Positions 54,346 to 63,527 of a DNA stretch of 64,000 nucleotides are shown in pieces. Origin of the DNA: an uncultured bacterium (lineage in GTDB: Bacteria > Eisenbacteria > RBG-16-71-46); the NCBI GenBank assembly GCA_964434945.1, contig CAYSWZ010000221.1, positions 4,485 through 68,484 on the forward strand, written 5' to 3'. The translations under genes were made by a program, and so were the position numbers. Under the pieces are notes generated by a model, which was not told the origin of the DNA, searched no databases, and was given only the letters and a program-made list of their open reading frames with translations. Numbering within the stretch: position 1 is the first letter of the stretch; each line of letters begins with the position of its first letter.

Positions 54346-55668
54346 TCAGACCTCGGAGTAGAGGTGAAGCCGGTTGTAGAGCGTCTTGAGGCTGATGCCC
54401 AGGATCTGCGCCGCCCGCTTCTTGTCGCCGCCGCACTGCTCGAGCGTGCCGAGGATGAGCTTGCGTTCGGATTCCTCGAGCGAACCTCCGACCTCGGTGG
54501 GGGGCGGCGCGGGGTCGGGCCCCGTGGGCAGATCCGACAGTTCGATCACCTTGTCGCTCATGATGAAGGCCCGATGCAATTCGTTCCTCAGCTCGCGCAC
54601 GTTGCCCCGCCACGGGCACTTCCGGATGCGATCGCGCGCAGCGGCACTCAGCTTCTTGCTCGTGCCGTGGGTCCCGTTGAGCGACTCCAGGAAATGCGTG
54701 GCCAGCAGGATTCCGTCCTCCTCACGCTCACGAAGCGGCGGCAGGACGATCGGGAATACGTTGATCCGGTAGTAGAGATCCTCCCGCAGTTTGCCGTCCC
54801 GGACGGCCTCCAATGGCACCCGGTTCGTGGCCGTGATCAGGCGCACGTCCACCGGAACCGGCACGTCACCGCCGACGCGAACCACGGAGCCGGACTCGAG
54901 CACGCGCAGCAACTTGACCTGCAGCTCGATCGGCATCTCCGTGATCTCGTCGAGGAACAAGGTGCCCCCGCCGGCTCTCTCGAAGCAGCCGCGTCGGAGC
55001 TGCGTCGCACCCGTGAAGCTCCCTCGCTCGTGTCCGAAGAGTTCGCTCTCGATCAGGGTCAGCGGGATCGCGCCACAGTTGACTGGAATGAACGGCCTCT
55101 GCCGACGACTGCTGAGCTCGAAGATCGTCTGCGCGACGAGTTCCTTGCCGGTCCCGCTCTCACCCGAAACGAAGACCGTCGCGTCCGTGGGAGCGACCTT
55201 GACCATGAGGTCGTACACCTTCTGCATCGCGGGAGACACTCCGATCAACCGGCCCAGGCGGCCCAGCTTCCGCAACTCGCCCCGCAGGCTGCCCACCTCT
55301 TCCTTGAGCGACCGCAGCCGAAGCACGTTCGCGAGCACGGCCTTCAGCCGCCGGTTGTCGAGTGGCTTGGTGAGGTAGTCGAGCGCGCCGAGCCGAAGCG
55401 CCTCGATCGCGGAGTCGACCGTGGCCGTACCCGAAACCATGATCACGTCGGCACTCGACGTCTCCTTGATCTCACGGAGCAGTGCGATCCCGTCTCCATC
55501 GGGCAACCTCAGATCGACCAGGACGAGGTCGGCGGCGCCGTTCGCGAGATGCGCACGAGCCTCCTGGAGCGAGTGGGCGCTCGTGACGTCGAACCCCTCC
55601 TGCGTGGCGACCTCGGCCACGCCCTCGAGGAAGTCGGAATCGTCGTCGACGAACAGTGCACGCAGCAT
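54346..55668 (-). CDS. Sigma-54-dependent response regulator (NtrC family bacterial enhancer-binding protein)
   Basis: Receiver (FVDDDSD...LVLVDLRLPDGDG...TKP). AAA+ domain with Walker A GESGTGKE, the sigma-54 contact loop ESELFGHERGSFTGA (GAFTGA variant) and RELRN. C-terminal Fis-type HTH AAQILGISLKTLYNRL. ATG 55668. Confidence 0.93.
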   Translation of the reverse strand: MLRALFVDDDSDFLEGVAEVATQEGFDVTSAHSLQEARAHLANGAADLVLVDLRLPDGDGIALLREIKETSSADVIMVSGTATVDSAIEALRLGALDYLTKPLDNRRLKAVLANVLRLRSLKEEVGSLRGELRKLGRLGRLIGVSPAMQKVYDLMVKVAPTDATVFVSGESGTGKELVAQTIFELSSRRQRPFIPVNCGAIPLTLIESELFGHERGSFTGATQLRRGCFERAGGGTLFLDEITEMPIELQVKLLRVLESGSVVRVGGDVPVPVDVRLITATNRVPLEAVRDGKLREDLYYRINVFPIVLPPLREREEDGILLATHFLESLNGTHGTSKKLSAAARDRIRKCPWRGNVRELRNELHRAFIMSDKVIELSDLPTGPDPAPPPTEVGGSLEESERKLILGTLEQCGGDKKRAAQILGISLKTLYNRLHLYSEV

Positions 55669-55882
55669 CGAGATGGCCCTCGGCGACGCCGAACCGCGCC
55701 GCGGGAAGATCCCGCGAACGCAACGGGATCCAGGTCGCTCCCCGGGGAGCAAGGCGCAACGCCGGCCCGGTGCTCCTGGAAGTCAGGCCAGCCCGATCGC
55801 GCCCGGATGCTCACCCTACCACTTCGGGCGCCGTCCACCGCATAGTTGAGCGGCGCGCGGGCCTCGGCGCGCGAAACCCGCC

Positions 55883-57112
55883 TCAGGCCCGATCGCCTTC
55901 CACGAGCCGCACCGTGTCGCGGGCGATGAGCAACTCCTCGTTCGTCGGGATGACGAGCACGGCCGATCGCGACGTCGCAGCCGAGATGCGCGCTTCCCGG
56001 CCGATCGCCGCGGCGTTCTCCGCCTCGTCGATCTCCAGGCCGAGCCAGCCCAGTCCCGCCAGCGTGCGCGCACGGATCACCGGAGCGTTCTCGCCGATGC
56101 CGCCGGTGAAGATGAGCGCGTCCAGGCCGCCGAGCGCGGCAGCGTAGGCGCCGACGTACTTGCGGAGCCGGTAGCAGAACACGTCGATCGCCAGCTTCGC
56201 GCGCTCGTGCCCCTTCGCCGCCTCGGCGAGGATCTCGCGCATGTCGCCGGAGATGCCCGAGAGCCCGTAGAGCCCCGAATGCTTGTTGAGCATGGCCGTG
56301 AGCTGGTGCTCGTCGAGGTCCTCGGCGTGGAGGATGTGGAAGACGAGCGACGGATCGAGGTCGCCCGCGCGCGTGCCCATGAGCAGCCCTTCGAGCGGCG
56401 TGAAGCCCATGCTCGTGTCGATCGATCGCCCGTGGTCGATCGCGCACACGCTCGCGCCCGCCCCGAGGTGGCACGTGATGAGCCGTGTCTCCTCGCGGGG
56501 ACGGCCGAGCAGCGCCTCGCTGCGCCACGCGACGTAACGGTGCGACGTGCCGTGAAAACCGTAGCGCCGGATCGCGTGCCGCGTGTAGAGCGCATACGGC
56601 AGGCCGTAGAGGTACGCGTGCGGCGGCATGGACTGGTGGAACGCGGTGTCGAAGACCGCGACGTGCGGCACGTTGCCGAGGACCGCCCGCGCGGCACGAA
56701 GTCCCCGCAGGTTGTGCGGGTTGTGGAGGGGCGCCAGCTCGCAGCACTGCTCGATGCTTCGTTCGACGTCGGCATCGATCTCCACCGATGCCGAGAAGCG
56801 CTCGCCCCCGTGCACGACGCGATGGCCCACCGCGGCGATCTCCGCCGGGTCGCCGACGACCCCGCGCTCGGGATCGCACAGCAGGCGAAGAATGTCCGCG
56901 ACCGCTCCCCGGTGCTCGAGGATCTCGTTCGCCTCGCTCGTGCGCGGCTCGTCGCCACGCTGGAACGAGTGCACGGCGCTGCCGCTCCCGATCCGCTCGA
57001 CCGCGCCGCGCGCGAGCACGCGGTCGTCGTTCCGGGCGATGCGCGCGCGCGACGTCTCGACGAGCTGGTACTTGACCGAGCTCGAACCGCAGTTGAGCAC
57101 GAGCACCCTCAC
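55883..57112 (-). CDS. ackA: Acetate kinase
   Basis: VLVLNCGSSSVKYQL, GHRVVHGG, FDTAFHQSMP, RYGFHGTSH and FTGGIGEN. GTG 57112..57110 overlaps the hbd TGA (GTGA). Confidence 0.93.
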   Translation of the reverse strand: MRVLVLNCGSSSVKYQLVETSRARIARNDDRVLARGAVERIGSGSAVHSFQRGDEPRTSEANEILEHRGAVADILRLLCDPERGVVGDPAEIAAVGHRVVHGGERFSASVEIDADVERSIEQCCELAPLHNPHNLRGLRAARAVLGNVPHVAVFDTAFHQSMPPHAYLYGLPYALYTRHAIRRYGFHGTSHRYVAWRSEALLGRPREETRLITCHLGAGASVCAIDHGRSIDTSMGFTPLEGLLMGTRAGDLDPSLVFHILHAEDLDEHQLTAMLNKHSGLYGLSGISGDMREILAEAAKGHERAKLAIDVFCYRLRKYVGAYAAALGGLDALIFTGGIGENAPVIRARTLAGLGWLGLEIDEAENAAAIGREARISAATSRSAVLVIPTNEELLIARDTVRLVEGDRA

Positions 57113-57999
57113 GCCGTGCGCCCTCGCGCGGCGCCGGCCCGCTCGCCGTGGACCCAGACGAAGAAGCCGCGCCCGGTCTTCCGCCCGAGCTGGCCCGCAC
57201 GCACCAGCTTTCGCAGCAGCGGGCACGGCCGGTACTTGAGCTCGCCCAGCTCGCGGAACAGGTGCTCCATCCAGCCGAGCACCTTGTCCAGGCCGACGCG
57301 ATCGGAGTACTCGAGCGGGCCCATCTTGAAGTCGTAGCCGAGCGAGAGGGCGCGATCCACGTCGTCCGCCGTGGCGACGCCCTCCATGACGATGTGCATG
57401 GCCTCGTTCAAGAACGGGATCATCGCCCGCGTCACGACGTAGCCCGGGTACTCGAAGACCTCGATCGGCGACTTGCCGAGCGCCTCGGCGAGCGCGCGCG
57501 CGGTGGCCAGCGTGTCGTCGGAGGTCTCCCGTCCGCGCACGACCTCGACGATCGGGCTCTTCGGCACCGGGTACATGAAGTGCATGCCGATGACGCGGGC
57601 CGGGCGGCCCGATGCGGCGGCGATCTCGGTGATGCTGAGCGTGGACGTGCTGGTGACGATGACGCGCTCGCGAGCCAGGCGCTCGCCGAGCATCCGCACG
57701 ACCGCGGTCTTCCGCTCGAGATCCTCGTTCACGCTCTCGATCGCGAGGTCCGCGTCGGCCAGCGCCCCGGGATCCGAGCCGAAGCGCATCCGCGACAGCA
57801 GCGCCTTCTTCTCGGGCAGGGTGAGGCCCCACTTCGCGAGTTCGGCGTCGAGCGTCTCCTCCAGCGCGGCGCGCGCGGCGGACGCCTGGGCGTCCGAGAC
57901 CTCGAGCAGTGCGACCTCGATGCCGCTCGATGCGAGTTTCTCGGCGATCGAGCGCCCCATGGGCCCGCCGCCGACGATGCCGATCTTGCGGAATTCCAC
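57109..57999 (-). CDS. hbd: 3-hydroxybutyryl-CoA / 3-hydroxyacyl-CoA dehydrogenase
   Basis: GTG 57999 preceded by GGGAGG. Rossmann motif IGIVGGGPMG and family strings GMHFMYPVP and GYVVTRAMIPFLNEA. The track ORF (814 aa) is over-extended. Confidence 0.9.
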   Translation of the reverse strand: MEFRKIGIVGGGPMGRSIAEKLASSGIEVALLEVSDAQASAARAALEETLDAELAKWGLTLPEKKALLSRMRFGSDPGALADADLAIESVNEDLERKTAVVRMLGERLARERVIVTSTSTLSITEIAAASGRPARVIGMHFMYPVPKSPIVEVVRGRETSDDTLATARALAEALGKSPIEVFEYPGYVVTRAMIPFLNEAMHIVMEGVATADDVDRALSLGYDFKMGPLEYSDRVGLDKVLGWMEHLFRELGELKYRPCPLLRKLVRAGQLGRKTGRGFFVWVHGERAGAARGRTA

Positions 58000-58103
58000 G
58001 CGCACCTCCCGGGCCGCTCCCCCGAGGAGCGGTCCCGGGCAGTCTAGCGTGTCGAGCCCGCGCGCACGGGCGGCGGGACCGGCCGGCCGTGGCCGGCTCG
58101 CCC

Positions 58104-60638
58104 CTACGGCGACGCCGCGCCCGCCGCCGCGGCGGGCTGGGCGTTCTTCACGTAGCGGTCGAACCAGTCGAGCGCCCGCGCCCAGTAGTCGAGCACGGTC
58201 TCGCGCGAGGCGGGGCCGTGGTCCTCGTACGGGTACTCCACCAGTTCCACCGTCTTCCCGAGCCCGTTCAGCGCCTCGAACAGGCGCTGGCTCTGGATCG
58301 GATTCGTGCCGACGTTCGTGTCGTCCTGGTTGTGCGCCAGCAGGAGCGGCGCCTCGATCTGGTTGGCATAGAGGAACGGCGACATGCCCAGGTAGGTGTC
58401 GCGCGCCTCCCACAGGTTCCGCGTCTCGGCCTGGAACGTGAACGGCGTCAGCGTGCGGTTGTAGGCGCCGTCGCTCGCGAGCCCGGCCCGGAAGAGTTTC
58501 GTGTGCGCGAGGCAGTTGACGGTCGAGAACGCGCCGTACGAGTGGCCGCCGACGCCGATGCGGTCGCGGTCGGTGAAGCCGCGGCGGACGCACTCGTCCA
58601 CCGCCGCCTGCGCCGAGCGCTTCAACTCGGCCACGTACTGGTCGTTGGTCCCGACGATGGCGAGGTCGGGCTTGACCACGGCGTAGCCCTGGGTCACCAG
58701 CACCTCGGGATTGAGCGCGCTCTGGGACGGGAAGCGATTCGGCGAGGTCCGGTTCTGCGAAGCCGCCGCGGCCGACCGATAGTCGTTGGGGTAGATCCAG
58801 AAGATGGTCGGCAGCGGCGCCGAGCCCGGCTTCCAGTCCGGCGGCAACACCACCTCGGCGTTCAGCACCACGCCGTCGTCGCGCTTGAACGTGAACTGCT
58901 GGCGCGGCGCGCGCGACAGCGCCTCGGCCGGGTTCGTGAACGCGGTCACCGCCGTGACGGCGGGCTCGCCCGGGCGGCGCAGGAACCAGTTGGGCGGCTC
59001 GGTCGCCGACTGGCCGAGCGTGAGGAAGCGCTTGCCGTCTGCGGCCAGGAGCGTGACCGGCGCCTCGAGCCGCGAAGCCTCGCTCTCGAACAGCCGCGAG
59101 GACTTCCCGCCCTCGAACGGGCAGCGGTCGAGGAACGGGCGCTGGCCATCGGCGCGAAAGCCGTCGCCGAAGCGGTAGAAGCTCCTGCCGTCGGCCGTCA
59201 CCCACGCGCGCGGATCGTGGTGAACGGTACGGGTGGCCATGCGGCCCGGGTCGTCGTACACGCCCTCGGTCGAGCGGAACGACAGCACGCCCCGCTTGGC
59301 CGGCGACTTCGCGTTGAACCAGGCCTCCCGCTCCACCCGGCGCGGTTCGTAGCCCTCGAACGTGACGACGCGCGCGCCGTCCGCGGTGAACAGGAAGCCA
59401 TCCAGCGGGTACTCCATGCGCGCCACCTCGACCGGCTTGCCGGTGAACGGCGCATCGAGGCGGAGGATGCGATCGGAGCCCGGGGGCGGGAGCGACGTGT
59501 CGCGCACCGCCGCCTGGGCCGACGCCCCCGGCTTGTCCTCCCACGACACGCACCAGAGCGACCTGCTGTCCGGTGCGAACGTCCAGTCGCGCATCCCGAG
59601 CGGCGAGACGCTCGCGATCGCGCTGCGGTCGTTGAGCGGGATGTCCGCGAGCACGATCGGAGCGGAATCGACACCGCCCGGCGCCGCCCCGACGCGCAGC
59701 AGTTCGACCCTGCGCGGGAAGAGCCCGGCCGGAAAGCCGAGCGGAGCGGGGAGCACGTAGCGGGTGACCACCATCCAGTTGTCGTCGTCCGAGATCTCGC
59801 AGCCGGCGAGCGCGACGGGCTCGCCGATCTTCCGCAGCGTGCCCGAGCCCGAGTCGCCGGAACCGGCTGCGCCGGGTGCCGCACCCTCCCCGACGGGAAC
59901 CCAGGCGAGCTGTGCGCTGACGGTGTAGGCGAAGCGCGCCTGGTCATCCGGCGTGCGGAGCACGTCCCGCGAGGTGCGCTGCGGCGTGGCCCGGCCGGCG
60001 CCAACGCGCACGGCGGGACCCGTGGGCACGCGTGAGGGCTCCTCGGGGGCGACGGCGTCCTCGACCACGAGCGAAGCGAACACGCCCCGGTCGTCCGCGG
60101 ACCATTCGAGCAGTCCGCTCACCGATTGAAGGTGCACGCCCTCCACGCGGCGGGCGGCGCCCGTCGCGGCATCCACGATCCACAGCTCGCTGCCGCCCTT
60201 CGCGTACGCCTGGCACGCGACGCGATCGCCCTTGTTGGACCACTGGACGGCGCCCAGCTGCACGTCGGTCGGAAGCTTCGCGCGGACCTGCGCGCCGTCC
60301 GCGACGCGATAGAACGTGAGCCCGGCCGCGGCGTTCTTGAGCCCGATGCGATTCGCCCACATCCCGGGCAGCACCTCGAGCCCCGCGAGCTTCACCACCG
60401 GCTCGGCGAGCGTGCTGATGGGAATGAGCGAACGGAGATCCGGAACCGCGAGCCACGCCCCATCCGGCGACGCGTTGGGCGCGCCACGCGGGAGGCGGGG
60501 CGCGGTGAGGAGTTCGGCCACGATCGGCGGTGGCACGCGATAGTTCGCATCGTCGGATGCGGCACGCGTCGAGGGCACGAGCCCGGCGTAGGGCGCCAAC
60601 AGGACGAGCGAGAACCGGACGAGGGATCGCAGACGCAT
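58104..60638 (-). CDS. Exported S9 family serine peptidase (beta-propeller plus alpha/beta-hydrolase)
   Basis: ATG 60638 preceded by GAGGAG. Signal peptide MRLRSLVRFSLVLLAPYAGLVPSTRA. Catalytic GGHSYGAF with Asp/His region ...HNQDDTNV...YEDHG. Confidence 0.9.
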   Translation of the reverse strand: MRLRSLVRFSLVLLAPYAGLVPSTRAASDDANYRVPPPIVAELLTAPRLPRGAPNASPDGAWLAVPDLRSLIPISTLAEPVVKLAGLEVLPGMWANRIGLKNAAAGLTFYRVADGAQVRAKLPTDVQLGAVQWSNKGDRVACQAYAKGGSELWIVDAATGAARRVEGVHLQSVSGLLEWSADDRGVFASLVVEDAVAPEEPSRVPTGPAVRVGAGRATPQRTSRDVLRTPDDQARFAYTVSAQLAWVPVGEGAAPGAAGSGDSGSGTLRKIGEPVALAGCEISDDDNWMVVTRYVLPAPLGFPAGLFPRRVELLRVGAAPGGVDSAPIVLADIPLNDRSAIASVSPLGMRDWTFAPDSRSLWCVSWEDKPGASAQAAVRDTSLPPPGSDRILRLDAPFTGKPVEVARMEYPLDGFLFTADGARVVTFEGYEPRRVEREAWFNAKSPAKRGVLSFRSTEGVYDDPGRMATRTVHHDPRAWVTADGRSFYRFGDGFRADGQRPFLDRCPFEGGKSSRLFESEASRLEAPVTLLAADGKRFLTLGQSATEPPNWFLRRPGEPAVTAVTAFTNPAEALSRAPRQQFTFKRDDGVVLNAEVVLPPDWKPGSAPLPTIFWIYPNDYRSAAAASQNRTSPNRFPSQSALNPEVLVTQGYAVVKPDLAIVGTNDQYVAELKRSAQAAVDECVRRGFTDRDRIGVGGHSYGAFSTVNCLAHTKLFRAGLASDGAYNRTLTPFTFQAETRNLWEARDTYLGMSPFLYANQIEAPLLLAHNQDDTNVGTNPIQSQRLFEALNGLGKTVELVEYPYEDHGPASRETVLDYWARALDWFDRYVKNAQPAAAAGAASP

Positions 60639-60841
60639 GGGGCACTCCTCGGCGCTTGAAAGGGGAACCAGCCGATATGGCACGGGGCGGAGAATGTAGC
60701 CCGCGGCGACGCGGCCGGCCACAACGAAACGCGATCCGCGGCGCCCCGGCGCCGGACGCGGGAGCGAGGGCGCGATCCGCCCCCCCGGACCGGGGCCGGG
60801 CGCCATGCGCGCACGCGGGAACTCCGATACTCTCGCCCCAC

Positions 60842-61666
60842 ATGAACGCACCCTACGAGACGCTCAACGAGTCCGAGTGGGCCGAGGTGGATCGCATCCA
60901 CGGGTTGCTGGACGAGGAGGAGGTCGGCGAGGCGCGCCAGGCGCTCGACGAGCTGCTGCGCCGCCGCCCCGGGCACCCCGACCTGCTCATCGAAGACGCC
61001 ACGCTCCGGCTGGAGGAGGGCCGGCCGCACCAGGCGCTGGCGGCGCTGGAGGGCGCCGAGCGCTCGGCCGATCCGGCGCGCTTCTTCTACCTGCGCGCGG
61101 CCTGCCACCACGAGCTGTCTCGCTTCGCGGAGGCCGAGGCGGACGCGCAGCGCTCGGTCGCGGTGCACCCCGGCTTTGCGATGGCGCACGACCTCCTCTC
61201 CCGCATCCTCGACCACCTGGGCGATGCGAAAGGCGCCATCGAGGCGTCGGAGGTCGCGGCCGAGCTGGACCCGGAGAACTTTCCCGAGCCGCTGGAGGTG
61301 AACGACGAGGAGTTCGACCTGCTCGTCGAGAAGGCGGTAGCCGACCTGCCCGCAAGGGTGCGCGCGAAGTTGGAGGACATCCCGGTGCTGGTCCAGGCGC
61401 TGCCGAACCGCGAGATGCTGGGCGGGTCGAACCCGCCGCTCACGCCCGATCTCCTCGGCCTCTTCGTCGGCCAGCACATCTTCGCCCAGCTGCCGAGCGC
61501 GGTGCCCGGCGCTCCCGGCGCGATCTACCTGTTCCGGAAGAACCTGCTTCGCGCCTGCGAGGACCGCGAGGAGCTGGCCCGCGAGATCCGGATCACGGTC
61601 CAGCACGAGGTCGGGCACCTGCTCGGGCTGGACGAGGACGAGCTGGAGGACTGGGGACTGGCGTGA
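60842..61666 (+). CDS. Zinicin-like metallopeptidase-family protein (DUF1025-like) with an N-terminal TPR-like region
   Basis: C-terminal ITVQHEVGHLLGLDEDELEDWGL (HExxH). ATG 60842. Confidence 0.8.
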   Translation: MNAPYETLNESEWAEVDRIHGLLDEEEVGEARQALDELLRRRPGHPDLLIEDATLRLEEGRPHQALAALEGAERSADPARFFYLRAACHHELSRFAEAEADAQRSVAVHPGFAMAHDLLSRILDHLGDAKGAIEASEVAAELDPENFPEPLEVNDEEFDLLVEKAVADLPARVRAKLEDIPVLVQALPNREMLGGSNPPLTPDLLGLFVGQHIFAQLPSAVPGAPGAIYLFRKNLLRACEDREELAREIRITVQHEVGHLLGLDEDELEDWGLA

Positions 61667-61750
61667 GCGACCAGGCCCGGGCGGAATCGGGCTCTGGGCT
61701 TGGAGCCGCGGGAACTCCCGCGCGAGCCGAACCGTGCGACGACGATCAAC

Positions 61751-61789
61751 GCGGAAGCCGCAGGGGCCTGGTCCCGCTGCGGCTTCCGC
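61751..61789. terminator. Bidirectional hairpin between convergent genes
   Basis: 13-bp perfect stem GCGGAAGCCGCAG / CTGCGGCTTCCGC with a 13-nt loop. Confidence 0.6.
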
Positions 61790-61801
61790 GTTCGCTGTCG
61801 T

Positions 61802-62326
61802 TCAGTCCTGCTTTGCCGGCGGGTGACCCGGCGGCCCCAGGATGATGAACCCGTTTCGCTTCGCGACCGGCGCCAGCCTCTCGATCTCGGGTGGAGGCCC
61901 GGACGGCACCGGCGGGAGGACCCGCTCGGGGGCGGGGCGACCGACCTCCCGCATGAAGCCCTCGAACTGCATGGGCGAGAAGCCGACCAGCGCCCGCGTG
62001 GGGTTGGGACCGGCGCCGATGAACGTGTGCGGCACGCCCTTGGGGCCGAACGCGAATCCACCGGTCGTCAGGTCGAACCGGGTCCCGCCGACGTGGAACG
62101 TGAGATTCCCATCGAGCACGTAGAACCACTCGTCTTCCTCGGGATGCACGTGCCACGGCGAGCCGAGACCCGGCGGCACGACGATCTCGAGCATGCCGAA
62201 CTCCCCCCGCGCATCCGCCCTTCCGATCTTCACCGTCTGCAACATGCCGAGGAGCCAGAACGCCTCGCCTTCGTTTTGCGCCAACGCATACCCGTGCCGC
62301 GCCCGATCGACAGCGGTGGTCGTCAT
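61802..62326 (-). CDS. Cupin-domain protein
   Basis: WHVHPEEDEWFYVLDGNLTFHVGG...GVPHTF cupin motifs. ATG 62326 preferred because GGAGG lies 5 nt upstream; the track start is 62338. Confidence 0.85.
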   Translation of the reverse strand: MTTTAVDRARHGYALAQNEGEAFWLLGMLQTVKIGRADARGEFGMLEIVVPPGLGSPWHVHPEEDEWFYVLDGNLTFHVGGTRFDLTTGGFAFGPKGVPHTFIGAGPNPTRALVGFSPMQFEGFMREVGRPAPERVLPPVPSGPPPEIERLAPVAKRNGFIILGPPGHPPAKQD

Positions 62327-62453
62327 GCTCGCCTCCATTTCTGTTTAGCGGAATGTCGTTGTGACGACTACCTCACCCGAACGCGCTCCCTCGATTCTCG
62401 AACACCTGGTCCCCCCGTGAGCCGACCTCGCGAACCGGGTCGGATCGAGACGG

Positions 62454-62936
62454 TCAGGGAAACGTCCCCATCTCCTGCAGCACGTCTTCGAGCAGCGCGG
62501 CCAACCGGGCGAGTCTCCGCGGGCCGAGCCGTCCCAGCATGGCCTTGGGCATTCGCTCGGCGTGGACGTCCAGGTCGCGGAGGATCGCACGCCCCTGGCG
62601 GGTGATGCCGATCTCGACGACCCGCCGGTCGCGCTCGCTGCGGACGCGATCGACCAGCTCGCGCGCGCTCAGGCGATCGATCAGCCGCGTGATGTCCGGG
62701 TCGCGGGAGATCATCCGTCCGGCGATCTCACCGCACGCCAGCCGGGACGGGTGACTGCCGCGGAGGATCCGGAGCACGTTGTACTGATTCGGCGTCAGGT
62801 CCGCGGTGGTCTTGAGGAACTTCTCCCACGGGTCGAGGATCCGGGCGGTGGCGGTCCGCAGGCCGAGCACCACCTCCTGCTCGCGAGAGGTGAACTTCCC
62901 CTGTTGTTGGAGTGCTCCGGCAATCGCTCCAGGCAT
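62454..62936 (-). CDS. MarR family transcriptional regulator
   Basis: LTPNQYNVLRILRG...CGEIAGRMISRDPDITRLIDRLSARELVDRVRSERDRR winged-helix pattern. Confidence 0.9.
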   Translation of the reverse strand: MPGAIAGALQQQGKFTSREQEVVLGLRTATARILDPWEKFLKTTADLTPNQYNVLRILRGSHPSRLACGEIAGRMISRDPDITRLIDRLSARELVDRVRSERDRRVVEIGITRQGRAILRDLDVHAERMPKAMLGRLGPRRLARLAALLEDVLQEMGTFP

Positions 62937-63030
62937 GGGCCGACATTAATCGTTTAAACGACTATCGTCAAGAGGATTGTTTCCGGGGCCGGCGCGCGCC
63001 CCGGGCCTGGCGCGCGCCGCACCGGTCCGG

Positions 63031-63408
63031 CTACTCGATCCGGATCGTCCCTTTTTCCATCCCCATGCCGCACTCGTAGTGCACCGTGCCCGGGCTCACC
63101 CCCGTGAGGTCGACCCGCACCGGCTGGTTGAGCGGCAGGTCGTACTTCCGCCCGGTCTCGGCGAAGACCACCTCCGTCGCGCACGTCTGGTCCGTCTTCC
63201 GAGTGATCACCAGCACGGCGGCTTCGCCCTTCTTGATCGTGATGGCGTTGGGCTGGAACCCCATGTCGGTCACGGACAGCTGGACCTCCTTGGGACCGGC
63301 CGGCATGCAACCGGCGAGCGAACCGACTGCGGCGAGCGCGGCGCATGCGGCGAGCGCGGCGCATCCGGCGTGCGCGGCGCGTGAGACGCCTGTGAACATC
63401 TTGCCCAT
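63031..63408 (-). CDS. Cupredoxin-like lipoprotein
   Basis: ATG 63408. Lipobox SLAGC. VTDMGFQPNAITIKKGEAAVLVITRKTD..C....H.ECGMGM pattern (Cys/His/Met ligands). Adjacent to a P-type ATPase gene. Confidence 0.75.
   Translation of the reverse strand: MGKMFTGVSRAAHAGCAALAACAALAAVGSLAGCMPAGPKEVQLSVTDMGFQPNAITIKKGEAAVLVITRKTDQTCATEVVFAETGRKYDLPLNQPVRVDLTGVSPGTVHYECGMGMEKGTIRIE
63329..63364 (-). repeat. Perfect 18-bp tandem duplication inside the cupredoxin signal peptide
   Basis: GCGGCGAGCGCGGCGCAT occurs twice in tandem (63329..63346 and 63347..63364), encoding a duplicated CAALAA. Confidence 0.9.
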
Positions 63409-63527
63409 CTTCTCGACTCCTCTGGGGAACTCCTCGGATGGTCCGACCCCGCGAACCGCCCGGCGGTCACGTGCGAACGGTTGGGGCACTCGGGTCCGGC
63501 CCCGGGAAGATCGTCATCCAAGTTACT

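Noticed and set aside
63329-63364. Direct repeats checked as a possible CRISPR or minisatellite array.
   Set aside because: There are only two abutting 18-bp copies inside a coding signal peptide, with no spacers. No CRISPR-like array exists anywhere in the window.
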